Below are positions 53,040 through 64,000 of a stretch of 64,000 bases of DNA, piece by piece. Both the position numbers and the translations under genes were made by a program. The notes below the pieces were generated by a model, which saw only the letters and a program-made list of their open reading frames with translations, was not told where the DNA came from and searched no databases. The DNA comes from Octopus vulgaris (taxonomy: Eukaryota): assembly GCA_951406725.2 (NCBI GenBank), contig OX597814.1, positions 55,118,001 through 55,182,000 of the forward strand, in the 5' to 3' direction. Each line of letters starts with the position of its first letter. Position 1 is the first letter of the stretch.

Positions 53040-53995
53040 CAATCTCCTCTGCCCACTATTCTTAAGAGAACCGTTGGAGTTAGAATCCTCAGGCACCTCC
53101 TCCATAGGGTCCTATCAGAAACAACTGTCATTAGGCAGTTGGATTCCTAAGCGTGACCAACTGAGACTCTGAATATTATTCAACCACTTCGATCTTGGTC
53201 TACCCCTAGGTTTCCTTCCAGTTAACTCGGCTTAACAAATCCGTTACGCGATTCTTTCCTGTGATATTCTAATCACATGTCCGTAGTACAGAGCTGTGTC
53301 CTCTCAATGCAGAGAATTAGTGGCTCAACCGGGGTAGACTCTCTGATTTCTGAACTACGCACCCTGTTGAATAACGTTAATCCAGAGACCCTTCGAATGA
53401 ACCCCATTTCAGATACTTATGTTCGTGCTCGTACTCTTTTGGTCATTACCCAACAGCCATCACCATATTTGAAGATAAGCACGAACACCGACTTAAAGAT
53501 AACGAATTCGGCTTTTTTGCCGAACTCTCCTCTGAGGATCGAATGCTGGAGATGGCGTATTACTGTGTCAGCACCTGCAATTCTAGCATCTTATCCAACC
53601 TCCTGCTTCTCATTACTCGTAAATACAGTTCCGAGATACTAAAACTTCTCCACTTGCCTCAGTGATGTTCCACTAACATGCGGACTACATTGGGAAGACT
53701 TTCTTGGGAGGACCCATGTCTCAGTCTTCGCAACACTAATTCTCTTCCCTATCTTGCCGCACTCGGCTGCGAACCCATTTAGCGCATGCTGGTTATCACT
53801 TTCTGATGAGTCAAGAAGCACCATGTCCTCTACAAATATCAGCCGAGTGATCTTGCACCCACTAATTGTAATACTACTTCCACAGTGGCTGCGCATATCA
53901 ATCCAGTTCATAAAGATTATGAAAAGGAGAGGTGACACTATACATCCCTGCCATAGCTTGGTGCCTAGCGCGAATACTCCCACCAAAAACTGCAA
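53040..53995 (-). mobile_element. RTE-clade LINE, 5'-truncated RT-to-C-terminus remnant
   Basis: QGCIVSPLLFIIFM, LIFVEDMVLL, ISVAKTE, QVEKF*YLGTVFT, GRKPRGRPRSKW. Confidence 0.88.
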
Positions 53996-53997
53996 TA

Positions 53998-54076
<79 letters not shown>

Positions 54077-54078
<2 letters not shown>

Positions 54079-54385
54079 AGCACTCCGTCGGTTACGACGA
54101 CGAGGGTCCCAGCTGATACGATCAACGAAACAGCCTGCTCGTGAAATTAACGTGCAAGTGGCTGAGCAATCCACAGACACGCGTACCCTTAGTTCTCAGG
54201 GAGATTCATCGTGACACAGAGTGTGACAAGGCCGGCCCTTTGAAATACAAGTACAACTCATTTTTGCCAGCTGAGTGAACTGGAGCAACGTGAAATAAAG
54301 TGTCTTGCTCAAGGACACGACGCGTCGCCGGGAATCGAACTCACGACCTTACAATCGTGAGCCGAATGTCCTAACCACTAAGCCA
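54077..54385 (-). mobile_element. tRNA-derived CORE-type SINE family C
   Basis: Minus-strand head tggcttagtggttagg...gagttcgattccc, then gtgtccttgagcaagacact...ccagttcactcagctg, and tail ttaatttcacgagcaggctg...gtcgtaaccgacggagtg. Confidence 0.88.
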
Positions 54386-56109
54386 TATCATACACAAGCA
54401 CATACATGCGCGCGCGAGTGAGTGTGTGTATGATAGAGTATGATACAGTGTGACTGTTTAAAAGGACAGCCATACTGTATCATCCGACGCGTGAGTTAAT
54501 TTAGGATCTTAGAAGGGTACGTTCGAAATATATATTGCAGTCTCCACCCAATGCCAGTGCAATCAGCAATCAACCTGCAACTTGTTTTGGGAGGTGTGGG
54601 GGAGGAGGAAAGGTTGCGTGGAATAATAAGATGGCTATTCCTATTGTTTACATGAAATAAAATCGATTTGTCCTATTTCTAATTTTATAACGGACTTAAA
54701 GAATATTGGACAGAATAGGCGGACAGTAGTTTCAGTAAAATCCAAATTCACCATTGTCTACTTTAAAAACAAAATATGATTAATCATGATGTTATTTGTA
54801 TACTCGTGAGACCGTGTTAACTGGGGAGTAAATTTATCATTAACGACAGAAAAGACCACCAAAAGATAATACTTTTTAAACAAATATTAGACTCTCTTTG
54901 GAGCACACTGACATCAGAGATTAAAACAGCTGTCTTAAAACTTTAACTTTTAAATAGCAATAGTTTTTTTTACAGCCTTCATTATGACAGCAGAGATAAC
55001 GTTTGAAGAAGTGATGCTGCCAAATAATACTGAAACACAATCAAAAGCGAAACAGCGAAACAACTCAGAAAACAATCTACTGTGACGCAAAAATAGACGA
55101 TCTGTATAAACACATATTCTTAGTTTATTCATTGTCTACTCGTTTTCACACCAAGTTTGTGTGGATATCAAAAATAGAATGCTTCCGAAATGGCACATCT
55201 TGGAGGTGTTTTTCTTTATATAAATTTTATTTATCGGAAAGAATGCATCGAAATTGTTTTAGAATACGAAAAAAAATAAAACAGAGACTAACCAAAACAG
55301 CACCTAGCATTGATCAGCTCTAAAGAAAGGACAGCACAATGATTCAAATGACAGTGACAGAAAGGCGATCAAATATGTTGGTCGTTATTTGTTGTCACAG
55401 GAGGTTGTAAAATGAGAGAGAAGACATATGTTAATAAATTTCCAATGTTTTTCACTTGTATATAAAAACATAGTTTTCCTTTTCTTTTTTTACATTTTCG
55501 TAATTTTCACTGTGCTGAATATAAATAAACATGACAGTTTTAGTATGCTACAGATACCGACTGTGCCCGAAAATAACATAATATGGTACATACATAGAGC
55601 TTTTAATAATATTGAAAATATCTCAAGTACAACTTTCTGTGTGGAGAACGTTCAGACAAGCGCAAGCTACTATACATGAAATCGTGGATCGAAAATAATT
55701 TTTAGGCAACTGAAATGAGAAGAAAATTCATTAGTATTAATGAAAATCATTCTCACGAAAAACAGGAGAAAATTCATAAAATTTCCATTAAACAAAACTT
55801 ATTTAAATGTTACTGTATGTAGAGAGTGGGCCTGGTTTTCGGTATCCATGAGGACTACTCTGGATAGCGAAGCATAATCAACGCAAAGCTACCTACTACA
55901 GAAGTTTATAGCTTTAACGTGAAAATTATTTCATTGATTCGACAACTTAAAATAATGACATTGGAAAATATCCCAAGGCCTTCTTAGCTGAACACATGTG
56001 ATCAAAGAGAAACCAATCATAAAAGCTATCATAAAATTGATACAATGTGGTAATGATTTAAAACTCAATATTTTGGGAATTTTGTAATCGCGTGTTGCTT
56101 TTGTCTTCA

Positions 56110-56303
56110 TTTTATTTTTCTATTATTTATGAATTATTAGACTGTGGCCTTGCTAGGGCACTGCCCTAACGGATTTAGTCGAACAAATCGACCCCAATAC
56201 TTATTTTTAAGTTTGATACTTATTCTATTGGTCTCTTTTGCCAAACAGCTATGTTACAAGGAAGTAAAGTGGTTGGGGACAAACCCATACATGCATACAT
56301 ACA

Positions 56304-56335
<32 letters not shown>

Positions 56336-56445
56336 CAGCTTTTTTTTTTTTTACTTAATTCACTTACAAGGCATTAATCGGCCCGGGGCTATAGTAGAAG
56401 ACACTTGCCCAAGGTTTCGCGCAATGGGGATGAACCCGAAACTAT
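56110..56445 (-). mobile_element. SINE family B, degraded
   Basis: gtcgaacaaatcgacccc...tagtagaagacacttgcccaagg. Confidence 0.75.
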
Positions 56446-56689
56446 GTCTAGAAGTACCTTGTAATTTAATTGAGAATTGATATTTCGATATTTCGTCCAC
56501 ATTTTATCCTTAATCCTTAGTGTAGACAGTTTATTTCCAGGAATATGTAAATGTTGACAAATCATTTTTTGTTTGTTTTTTGTTTTGTTTTGTTTTTTTT
56601 TTGTTTTTTTTTATAGTTTTTTGTTGTTGTTTTTTCTTTCGTGTCGTTGCAGTGTCGTTAATTCTCACAGCAGTGACAATACGAGTTAA

Positions 56690-56910
56690 CAATGGATCCT
56701 CAAAGTGCTACTCAACGTGCTAGAAATGCAATAAACAGCTGCCAAATCTTCCTTATATCCCACCCAACTGTCTTGATTTTTAAAAAAATGATACATTAGA
56801 TAATTTAGTCAGAGCATACTCCGTCTTTAAAAAATCGGATGGTCATGGCTGGAATGCCTTTGATCATAGATCTACTTGTTAGAGTCTATTTAGGTCTAGA
56901 CAACAACAAA
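56690..56910 (+). mobile_element. Dispersed retroposon 3'-tail repeat (related copies near 8630-8720, 23640-23820, 25095-25170, and 37270-37380 on minus)
   Basis: tgctagaaat...gccaaatct...gatggtcatggctggaatgcctttgatcatag...acaacaacaa. Confidence 0.6.
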
Positions 56911-58342
56911 AGCAATCTGTAACGACAAACAAGTCATTAACCAGCAAAGGTAGTATAAACGAATCTTTAGTTAATATAGATTTAAGATTAAACCACGTGC
57001 TTATTCTATGACAGCATACTAGTAGAGTAAAGAGCGCCACAACTCACATAGGCTACGAATGCTCACGGCTTACATTAATATTTGGGCTAAGTTTACCGTT
57101 GTCATCGCAAATATTTTGCTATTGAAATCTTAGATACCTGAGTCTAACCTACCTGCCTTTCGTCATACCTTCTTACCTATTTTTTTTCACTTGAACACCT
57201 GTATCTTCTCGATTTCACTTGTATAATTATCGACTGCTACTTCATCACTTGCGCTTTCAAGAAATGGGAAAGTATTAACACGTTCAACACTAACAACAAC
57301 TGCAACAATAAAATCAGTAACAATATAATTATTAGTCGTGGAATAATGTGTTTTTTATAGTTCTGACTAGCTGGCCCTGTATCCAAATTACCTATAGAAT
57401 TTCACTTTCTTTTTTGCGTAATTTGAATGAGTGCGAGCGGTAAACGCGGTGTGAAGTGATATCAATCAGAGATGAGGTTGTACCAAGTCATTAACGTTTC
57501 TTGTTTGGGAGGGGGGGGGGGTCCAGCAAAGTCATATTTATGTATTTCATTTTTGTGATTCTAATTGGCAAGCACCAGTCATTTATTTGGTCCCTCAATG
57601 ATTCTAGTGGTGTAAATTTACATATGATAGCAAATATCTTCCCCTTAAGTTATACTATTGCAACTATTTTAATTCAACTCTGAAAGTTAGCCATGCATTT
57701 GTCCACTGTATATTACGTACGATATGAGGAGCGATAAGTTATACTTTACCACGGATTTCTTTTTATTAAGAGGTGGAATCAGCGAAAGTTAAATATCATA
57801 GAGCAAAACAGTTGCTTTTGAAATATGCGAGATATCACTTCAAGCTCACAAAATACAGTATAGATATTTATTATCTATAAAGGGGGATTTTATATACTGA
57901 GGTGCACTCAACCAGCAAACGCATACGTAGATGTATCTCGCATAAAACCAAAATAGTTTACCGCCTTATCTGCCTCTTTGCTTTAAGAAGAACGAGATCA
58001 TATTCGTGTCACTCTTGTCATCAACAATATATTTCTACTGTTTGCATGAGCGGGTTGAGAAAATTGAATATTTAGTTGAACAGGCTTCGTATTTACTGAG
58101 CAACTTATTTAATCTTGTTGAACTCTGTTCTTTTTATTCCTACACTTAACGTTTCACATAAATATAAACGACTCAAATTTATAGAGAAATGGTTATATGA
58201 GCTTATAGGTTGTTAGACAGAGAAAACGGGTCTGTCCAAGAAACAGTATCGATTGTTCTTCTTGAAATATATACACTTCTCAACATGCGTAATAATTATT
58301 ATAGCTTAGATTTTAAGCTGTCATTATTATATCATCGTGCGA

Positions 58343-58560
58343 AGGCGGCAAGCTGCGAAAATAGTTAGCACGCCAAGCAAAATGCTTAGCGGCATTTCGT
58401 CTGTCTGTTCATTCTGAGTTCAAATTCCGTCGATGCCGACTCTCCCTTTCATCCTTTCGGAGTTGATAAAATAAGTACCAGTTGAGCACTGGAGGCCGAT
58501 GTAACTGACTTACCCTTCCCCCGAAATTGCTTTCGTTGTACCAAAATTTGAAACTATTAT
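58343..58560 (+). mobile_element. SINE family A
   Basis: aggcggcaagctg...ctttcatcctttcggagttgataaaataagtaccag. Confidence 0.85.
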
Positions 58561-59327
58561 TATATTATCATCTCATCAAAGGTGGTGGAGAAACGGAAAT
58601 GGTAAAGCGCTGGACTAAAAATATTGTATAATATTTAGCTCCGTTATTCAGTGCTTTGAGCTGCGCTAATAAAATAAATACTAGCTGTATTCATCCAAAT
58701 TACCTATAGAATTCATTTAAAACATCCAAAGCAGAATGATTTAAAATCGTTAAAAATTAACTGTTGCACATACAGTTCTCCACAATGAAACACATAGATA
58801 GTACAAATACATTCTGACTTTATTACACGCTTCTCTCTCAATACAAATGACTCCTTTCCTACCCATTATAAGGATCAAAGTTTGCTGCGTAATACAGCTG
58901 GCATGTGCTGACTTTGGTGGTACACAGTAACAACGAAGATAAGTTACGCTGTTAATTTACTTCTAGATACTGCTTACTGAGGCAGCAATAACAACTTAAG
59001 CAGTGAGTATATTGCCCAATTAACATTCAAGGGAATATGCCCAATTAACATTCAAGGGAATTTGCCGAGTGGATGAGTGCTGCAATTTCTTCCGTGTACA
59101 CATAGCGGACAGTCACTGTACTGAAAGAAAGAAAAATAAATCTATACCCAAAAAGTTCTTTTTCCCCTTCACGCTGGCGAAATTTCTTAGATAATCATGT
59201 TGATCAACTACGTACAACTGCGTACACGTTTCTAAACTTGTCAGCTATTACAGGTGGGAAATAACTTCCCTTTCAACCATGCAAGCAATTTTGTAGAGCT
59301 ATTCAATTTAAGGAAAGCAGAATTAAA

Positions 59328-59396
<69 letters not shown>

Positions 59397-59429
59397 CATG
59401 CACACATGATACATATGTATGTATGTATG

Positions 59430-59469
<40 letters not shown>

Positions 59470-59475
<6 letters not shown>

Positions 59476-60270
59476 CTGGCCATTTTTTTCTCGTCTTCTA
59501 AAGAGTATTTACCCGATTTTATAAGATGTCTTCACAGACATCTTGCGTTCGAGAATTTATTATTTTTTCTATTCCAAAGAATGCTTTATCGATCACATTC
59601 TCACCTGGAATCGATTTTTGTAATTTTTTCAAGACTTATATACGCCCTGATACCGTCGGTATCTACATATCAAATTTGAGCGCAATCGGATGGAGGATGC
59701 CCGAGATCCTAGAAGACACACACACATACAAACAGCACGGATTTTATATAATATACATATATATATATATATATACTAGCAGCTAAACCAGGTTTCACCC
59801 GGTCTGTTTGGATGATGTGACTGTAAAACCTGCTCCGTATATGCATTCGACTTGTTTGGGCATACTTACGCTAAAAACAATTTTAGAATGACTTTTTTCT
59901 GTCAAAACGCTAAAATTAACTGACCAACAAAAAAAAACAACCAAGATTCAACCAAATCCAAAAGTAAACCCAAATACTAAGCGAAGAAAGATGAACCATC
60001 CCATTTCCATTCCGCGCGTACGCACACAAAAACGCGCGCGCGCATTCACATAACCCCCTTTCTTTTTCGTTCATAAACACATGAGTATTATTATAGTAGA
60101 TTATCTCGGAAACCATAGGAGCTATGATAAAAAATAAAAAGCCCAGCAACACCACCAGATCATTCTACATATCTGTGTAATTTTTCGCGCAATTCCACCC
60201 AGCCGTTTGACCGTGAATGCCAAGACAAGAAAGAATCGCCCATGTCAAATTTATATATGTATATATGATC
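59470..60270 (+). mobile_element. Two tandem Helitron/Helentron-associated non-autonomous elements (Lep1/HINE-like)
   Basis: Starts tattagctggcc and tactagcagctaaaccaggtttcacccgg. Ends aaatttgagcgcaatcggatgg...cacacacataca...ttttatataata and caattccacccagccgtttg...aatttatatatg. No TSDs; inserted in TA runs. Confidence 0.5.
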
Positions 60271-60351
60271 AATTTCTTCATATCAGAGAGTTATTTTTTC
60301 ATTCAAATAGATGTAATCATTTTTCTTAAGGTTTTTTTATGTAGCACCATA

Positions 60352-60745
60352 TTATATTCTTTTACTTGTTTCAGTCATTTGACTGTGGTCATGCTGGAGC
60401 ACCGCCTTTAGTCGAGCAAATCGACCCCAGGACTTATTCTTTGTAAGCCTAGTACTCATTCTATCGGTCTCTGTTGCCAAATCGCTAAGTTTCGGGGACG
60501 TAAACACACCACCATCGGTTGTCAAGCAATGTTGGGGGGATAAACACAGACGCACAAACATATACACACATATACATATACATATACATATATATATATA
60601 CATATATACGACGGGTTTCTTTCAGTTTCCGTCTACCAAATCCACTCACAAGGCTTTGGTCGACCCGTGGCTATAGTAGAAGACACTTGCCCAAGGTGCC
60701 ACGCAGTGGGACTGAACCCAGAACCATGTGGTTGGTAAGCAAGCT
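60352..60745 (-). mobile_element. Young SINE family B
   Basis: Near-consensus reverse complement of 46492-46938. Confidence 0.92.
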
Positions 60746-60927
60746 AGGTCATTAATGACCAGATATAAATGATTTCATTTTCCAGTTATATGCAGATGGT
60801 TGTTTTGGAATCTATTCCTCAGAGTGTATCTTTGTGATCTAAAGTTCAAATTAAAATTTTACCATTACGCAAATGCATGCAACATGTATACAGATATACT
60901 CACATATTCACACATTCATTCATCATA

Positions 60928-61021
<94 letters not shown>

Positions 61022-61029
61022 TTTGTAAA

Positions 61030-61242
61030 GTCAGTGAGCCAGTTGAATCGTTGGCAGGCCGGACAAAATGGTTAGCGGTATTTCTTCCGGCTTTACGTTC
61101 TGATTTCAAATTCCGTTGAGGTCGACTTTACCTTTTCGTCTCTCCGGACATCAATAAAATAAATAGCTCTTGAATTCTGTGATCGATGTAATCGACTAGA
61201 CTCCTCCTCCAAAATTTCAAAATATGTTTCCAACAGTAGAAA

Positions 61243-61245
<3 letters not shown>
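61030..61245 (+). mobile_element. SINE family A, diverged
   Basis: gaatcgttggcaggccgg...ttccgttgaggtcgacttt...gtagaaagaat. Confidence 0.75.
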
Positions 61246-61284
<39 letters not shown>

Positions 61285-61317
61285 TGATCAAAATAAAAAC
61301 ATGATGCCAAGGATTCA

Positions 61318-61395
61318 GCGGTACATATGTTTCGGGCCTTTATTAGACAGATTTATAACAATGCATAATGTATGTCTGTGGCCTTCTTCAGCCGC
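61318..61395 (-). ncRNA. Type I hammerhead ribozyme (left arm)
   Basis: Mirror of 61584-61661. Confidence 0.75.
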
Positions 61396-61583
61396 GCACA
61401 ACAACTTCCACAAGGACATGTGTTACATCAAAAATTCTTGGTTGGGGATGCAAATCCTCTCATTCGCGTACGACATAATGCGTACGACATAATGTTGCCG
61501 CATTATGTCGTACGCGAATGAGAGGATTTGCATCCCCAACCAAGAATTTTTGATGTAACACATGTCCTTGTGGAAGTTGTTGT

Positions 61584-61661
61584 GCGGCTGAAGAAGGCCA
61601 CAGACATACATTATGCATTGTTATAAATCTGTCTAATAAAGGCCCGAAACATATGTACCGC
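61584..61661 (+). ncRNA. Type I hammerhead ribozyme (right arm)
   Basis: gcgg-CUGAAGA-a-ggcc-acaga...ucugu...ggcc-c-GAAA-cauaug-UA-ccgc. Stem I is gcgg/ccgc, stem II is ggcc/ggcc plus an extension, stem III is palindromic acauaugu. Predicted cleavage after 61657. Confidence 0.78.
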
Positions 61662-62409
61662 TGAATCCTTGGCATCATGTTTTTATTTTGATCAATTTAC
61701 TCCACCACCCACACCACCAAACGGTATATACAGGTGCTTACAATTATCAAGTACTCACCCCGAATTTCTGTACTCAACTATATATATATATATATATACA
61801 TTTATAAACATGTGTGCGTGTGTGTGTATACATACACACACGCATTATGAATTATTTCATTGACTTCGACGTATGAACGTCCTGTTCGTTCAACTTGACG
61901 ACTTACTCATCGAATTAATCGCCAAAGTGACTGAGTACTCCATACACAGCTGTACACTTAACGTAATTCTCAAGTATAATCATTGTTACTCATGGGATGC
62001 AATCCAAAATTCGACGGTCTTATTGTCGCCTACTCTTATTCTCTCACGAGATTTGGCTCGTTTTCAGGTTGTAGCAAAATGCCAAGCAATTGGATCGAAG
62101 ATTGCAAAGAAAACTGCCTAACAATTCAGACATGGCTACGAAAGAAATTATTGTCTATCTAAATTAAATGCTTCATTTCTCTGTCTAAATTAAATGTTTC
62201 TTTCGGGTGATGCCAAATGTTTTGCCTTTTCGTTTTTTCTCTAATTGATATCCAACCGCTCAAGGAGAAATCACTTCTAACCACCTTCGATAGGCAGTTT
62301 CAATACCACACCCTCAGTTTCAGTGCAAGCCGGTGTTTTAGTGGTAAACCAAACTGAGCACTCATAGTAATACCTATTACTTTACGTAAATTGATGAAAA
62401 CTACTTGTA

Positions 62410-62412
<3 letters not shown>

Positions 62413-62478
<66 letters not shown>

Positions 62479-62810
62479 TTTCTCTCTCTTTCTCTCTCTG
62501 CATATATATATATATATATACGTGTGTATATATATGTATGTATGTATGGATGGATGGATGGATGGATGGATGGATGGATGGATGGCTATATGTATGTATG
62601 CATGTGTATGTATAAATATGTCTGTGTGCGTGTGTGTGTGTGTGTGTAGTGTCGTATACATATATGAATGCATGTATATAGTCTTTTATTTATACATATA
62701 TATATATATATCCGTTATATAGACAAATAGACAAACAGACAGACAGGTATCTTTGCATACACTCATATATACATACAGTACATGCATATGTGTGTGTTTG
62801 CAAGCACACA

Positions 62811-62861
<51 letters not shown>

Positions 62862-63156
62862 GCACACGCACACACAAACAAATAGAGACACACACATATA
62901 CGTGTACATACGAATCCTGTACAGCTATATACTTAGCTTCTATAACATTTTGCTGTTTCTTTGAACATTGTTTTATTAACATCTTTTTCTGTTTATCTTT
63001 CTCCCTACTTTCACATCACAAGTTTCTTTCTCACCAGCAGACGTTCACTTCTGCTGCTACTACTACTACTAGTACCGTTATTACTACCACCACCATCACC
63101 ATCACCACCACTACTACTACTACTAGTACCGTTATTACTACCACCACCATCACCAT

Positions 63157-63229
<73 letters not shown>

Positions 63230-63420
63230 CTCTTTGCACATGTTAAAACGCTCGTTCTCCTCAAGCAGACGTGCACGATTCCATCATCCTAACCATCATC
63301 CCATCGTCATCATCACCATCCTCATCATCCTCATCATCCCCATCATCATCACCATCACCATCCTCATCCTCCTCACCACCACCACCACCATCGTCGTCGT
63401 CGTCGTCGTCATCGTCTCTA
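62413..63420. repeat. Compound microsatellite region (CT, TA, GGAT, CA, TAC/CAC/AAT/CAT) with a ~51-bp higher-order duplication at about 63058-63165
   Basis: Directly visible. Confidence 0.9.
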
Positions 63421-63914
63421 TCACTGCTCTAGTCTCATTCTTCTTTATCTTATTATTTTTTTCCTACTCTTCTTCCTTTTCTTGTCTTGTTTCTTAGTCT
63501 TGACTTTTAAGCTTCAACTTAAGTTTTCTTTTCTTGCTTGCTTCCTTCCTTCCTTTTCTTCTAGTGACTAATCACCATAGCCGAGTGAGTATCTCATGTG
63601 AAAACATCTGTTTAGTATTTAACAGTGAAGACTGTATTTCCGACAGCCCCCAAATGCAGGTGGTTGACTAACCAGATACCAAAACCTGGAGATAATTATT
63701 ACTGGACTTTCGACAATTGGGGAATGCGTACGAAGTGCTAACCTCATCAGTATAATCTTTTCCTCTTCATTATAACGCATCATCATTATCATCATCATCA
63801 ACATCCTTCCGGGTTCAATAAAAAGAAAATATTAGTCATGAACTATGCTTTATTTAACTGACTACCCGCCTCCTTACCTTGTGCCTATGTAAGAATCGTT
63901 TGCACACGGGACCT

Positions 63915-64000
63915 AATTCTTAGCTGTATTTCATCCTTAGTTTATGAATTCAAATACTGCTGAAGTCGACTTTGCCTTTCATCCTTTTGGGACAGGGTCG
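63915..64000 (+). mobile_element. SINE family A, partial (window edge)
   Basis: gaagtcgactttgcctttcatcctttt. Confidence 0.6.

Larger units (their letters stand above)
61280..61699. mobile_element. Near-perfect ~420-bp palindromic element carrying two hammerhead ribozymes
   Basis: Arms 61280-61482 and 61499-61699 are reverse complements except for a 2-bp indel (gccgcgcac vs gtgcggc). The 16-nt spacer repeats tacgacataatg. The left end abuts (TA)n. Confidence 0.9.

Noticed and set aside
53277-53642. 121-aa plus-strand ORF
   Set aside because: Antisense to the RTE RT remnant.
59013-59061. 25-bp tandem duplication tgcccaattaacattcaagggaat
   Set aside because: An ordinary two-copy slippage duplication with nothing between the copies.
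61301-61678. Mirror ORFs MMPRIQRYICFG... on both strands
   Set aside because: A by-product of the palindrome; no recognisable protein.

Overview
This is AT-rich, repeat-saturated animal genomic DNA, probably intergenic or intronic. The SINE families and microsatellite density suggest a coleoid cephalopod such as Octopus (inference from recalled repeat consensus, not a database search). I could not support any intact host protein-coding gene; most ORFs in the track are translations of microsatellites. Recognisable content: a decayed full-length IR/DR Tc1 transposon with a nested SINE; Tc1/mariner deletion derivatives and MITEs; a Chapaev3-type (CMC) transposase remnant; two R4/Dong LINE remnants; RTE and Tx1-like LINE remnants; two Naiad-type Penelope-like (PLE) fragments; Helitron-like non-autonomous elements; and many copies of at least four tRNA-derived SINE families. 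The most notable signal is a set of type-I minimal hammerhead ribozyme (HHR) motifs (CUGANGA...GAAA-palindrome-UH) in short non-coding elements with fold-back architecture. These include a near-perfect ~420-bp palindrome with an HHR in each arm (61280-61699), an older analogous inverted dimer (3726-4591), and a tRNA-headed SINE with a 5' fold-back and a 3' HHR (25525-25796). Together they suggest several PLE-mobilised retrozyme/SINE families. Coordinates were read by eye and degraded elements have approximate ends.
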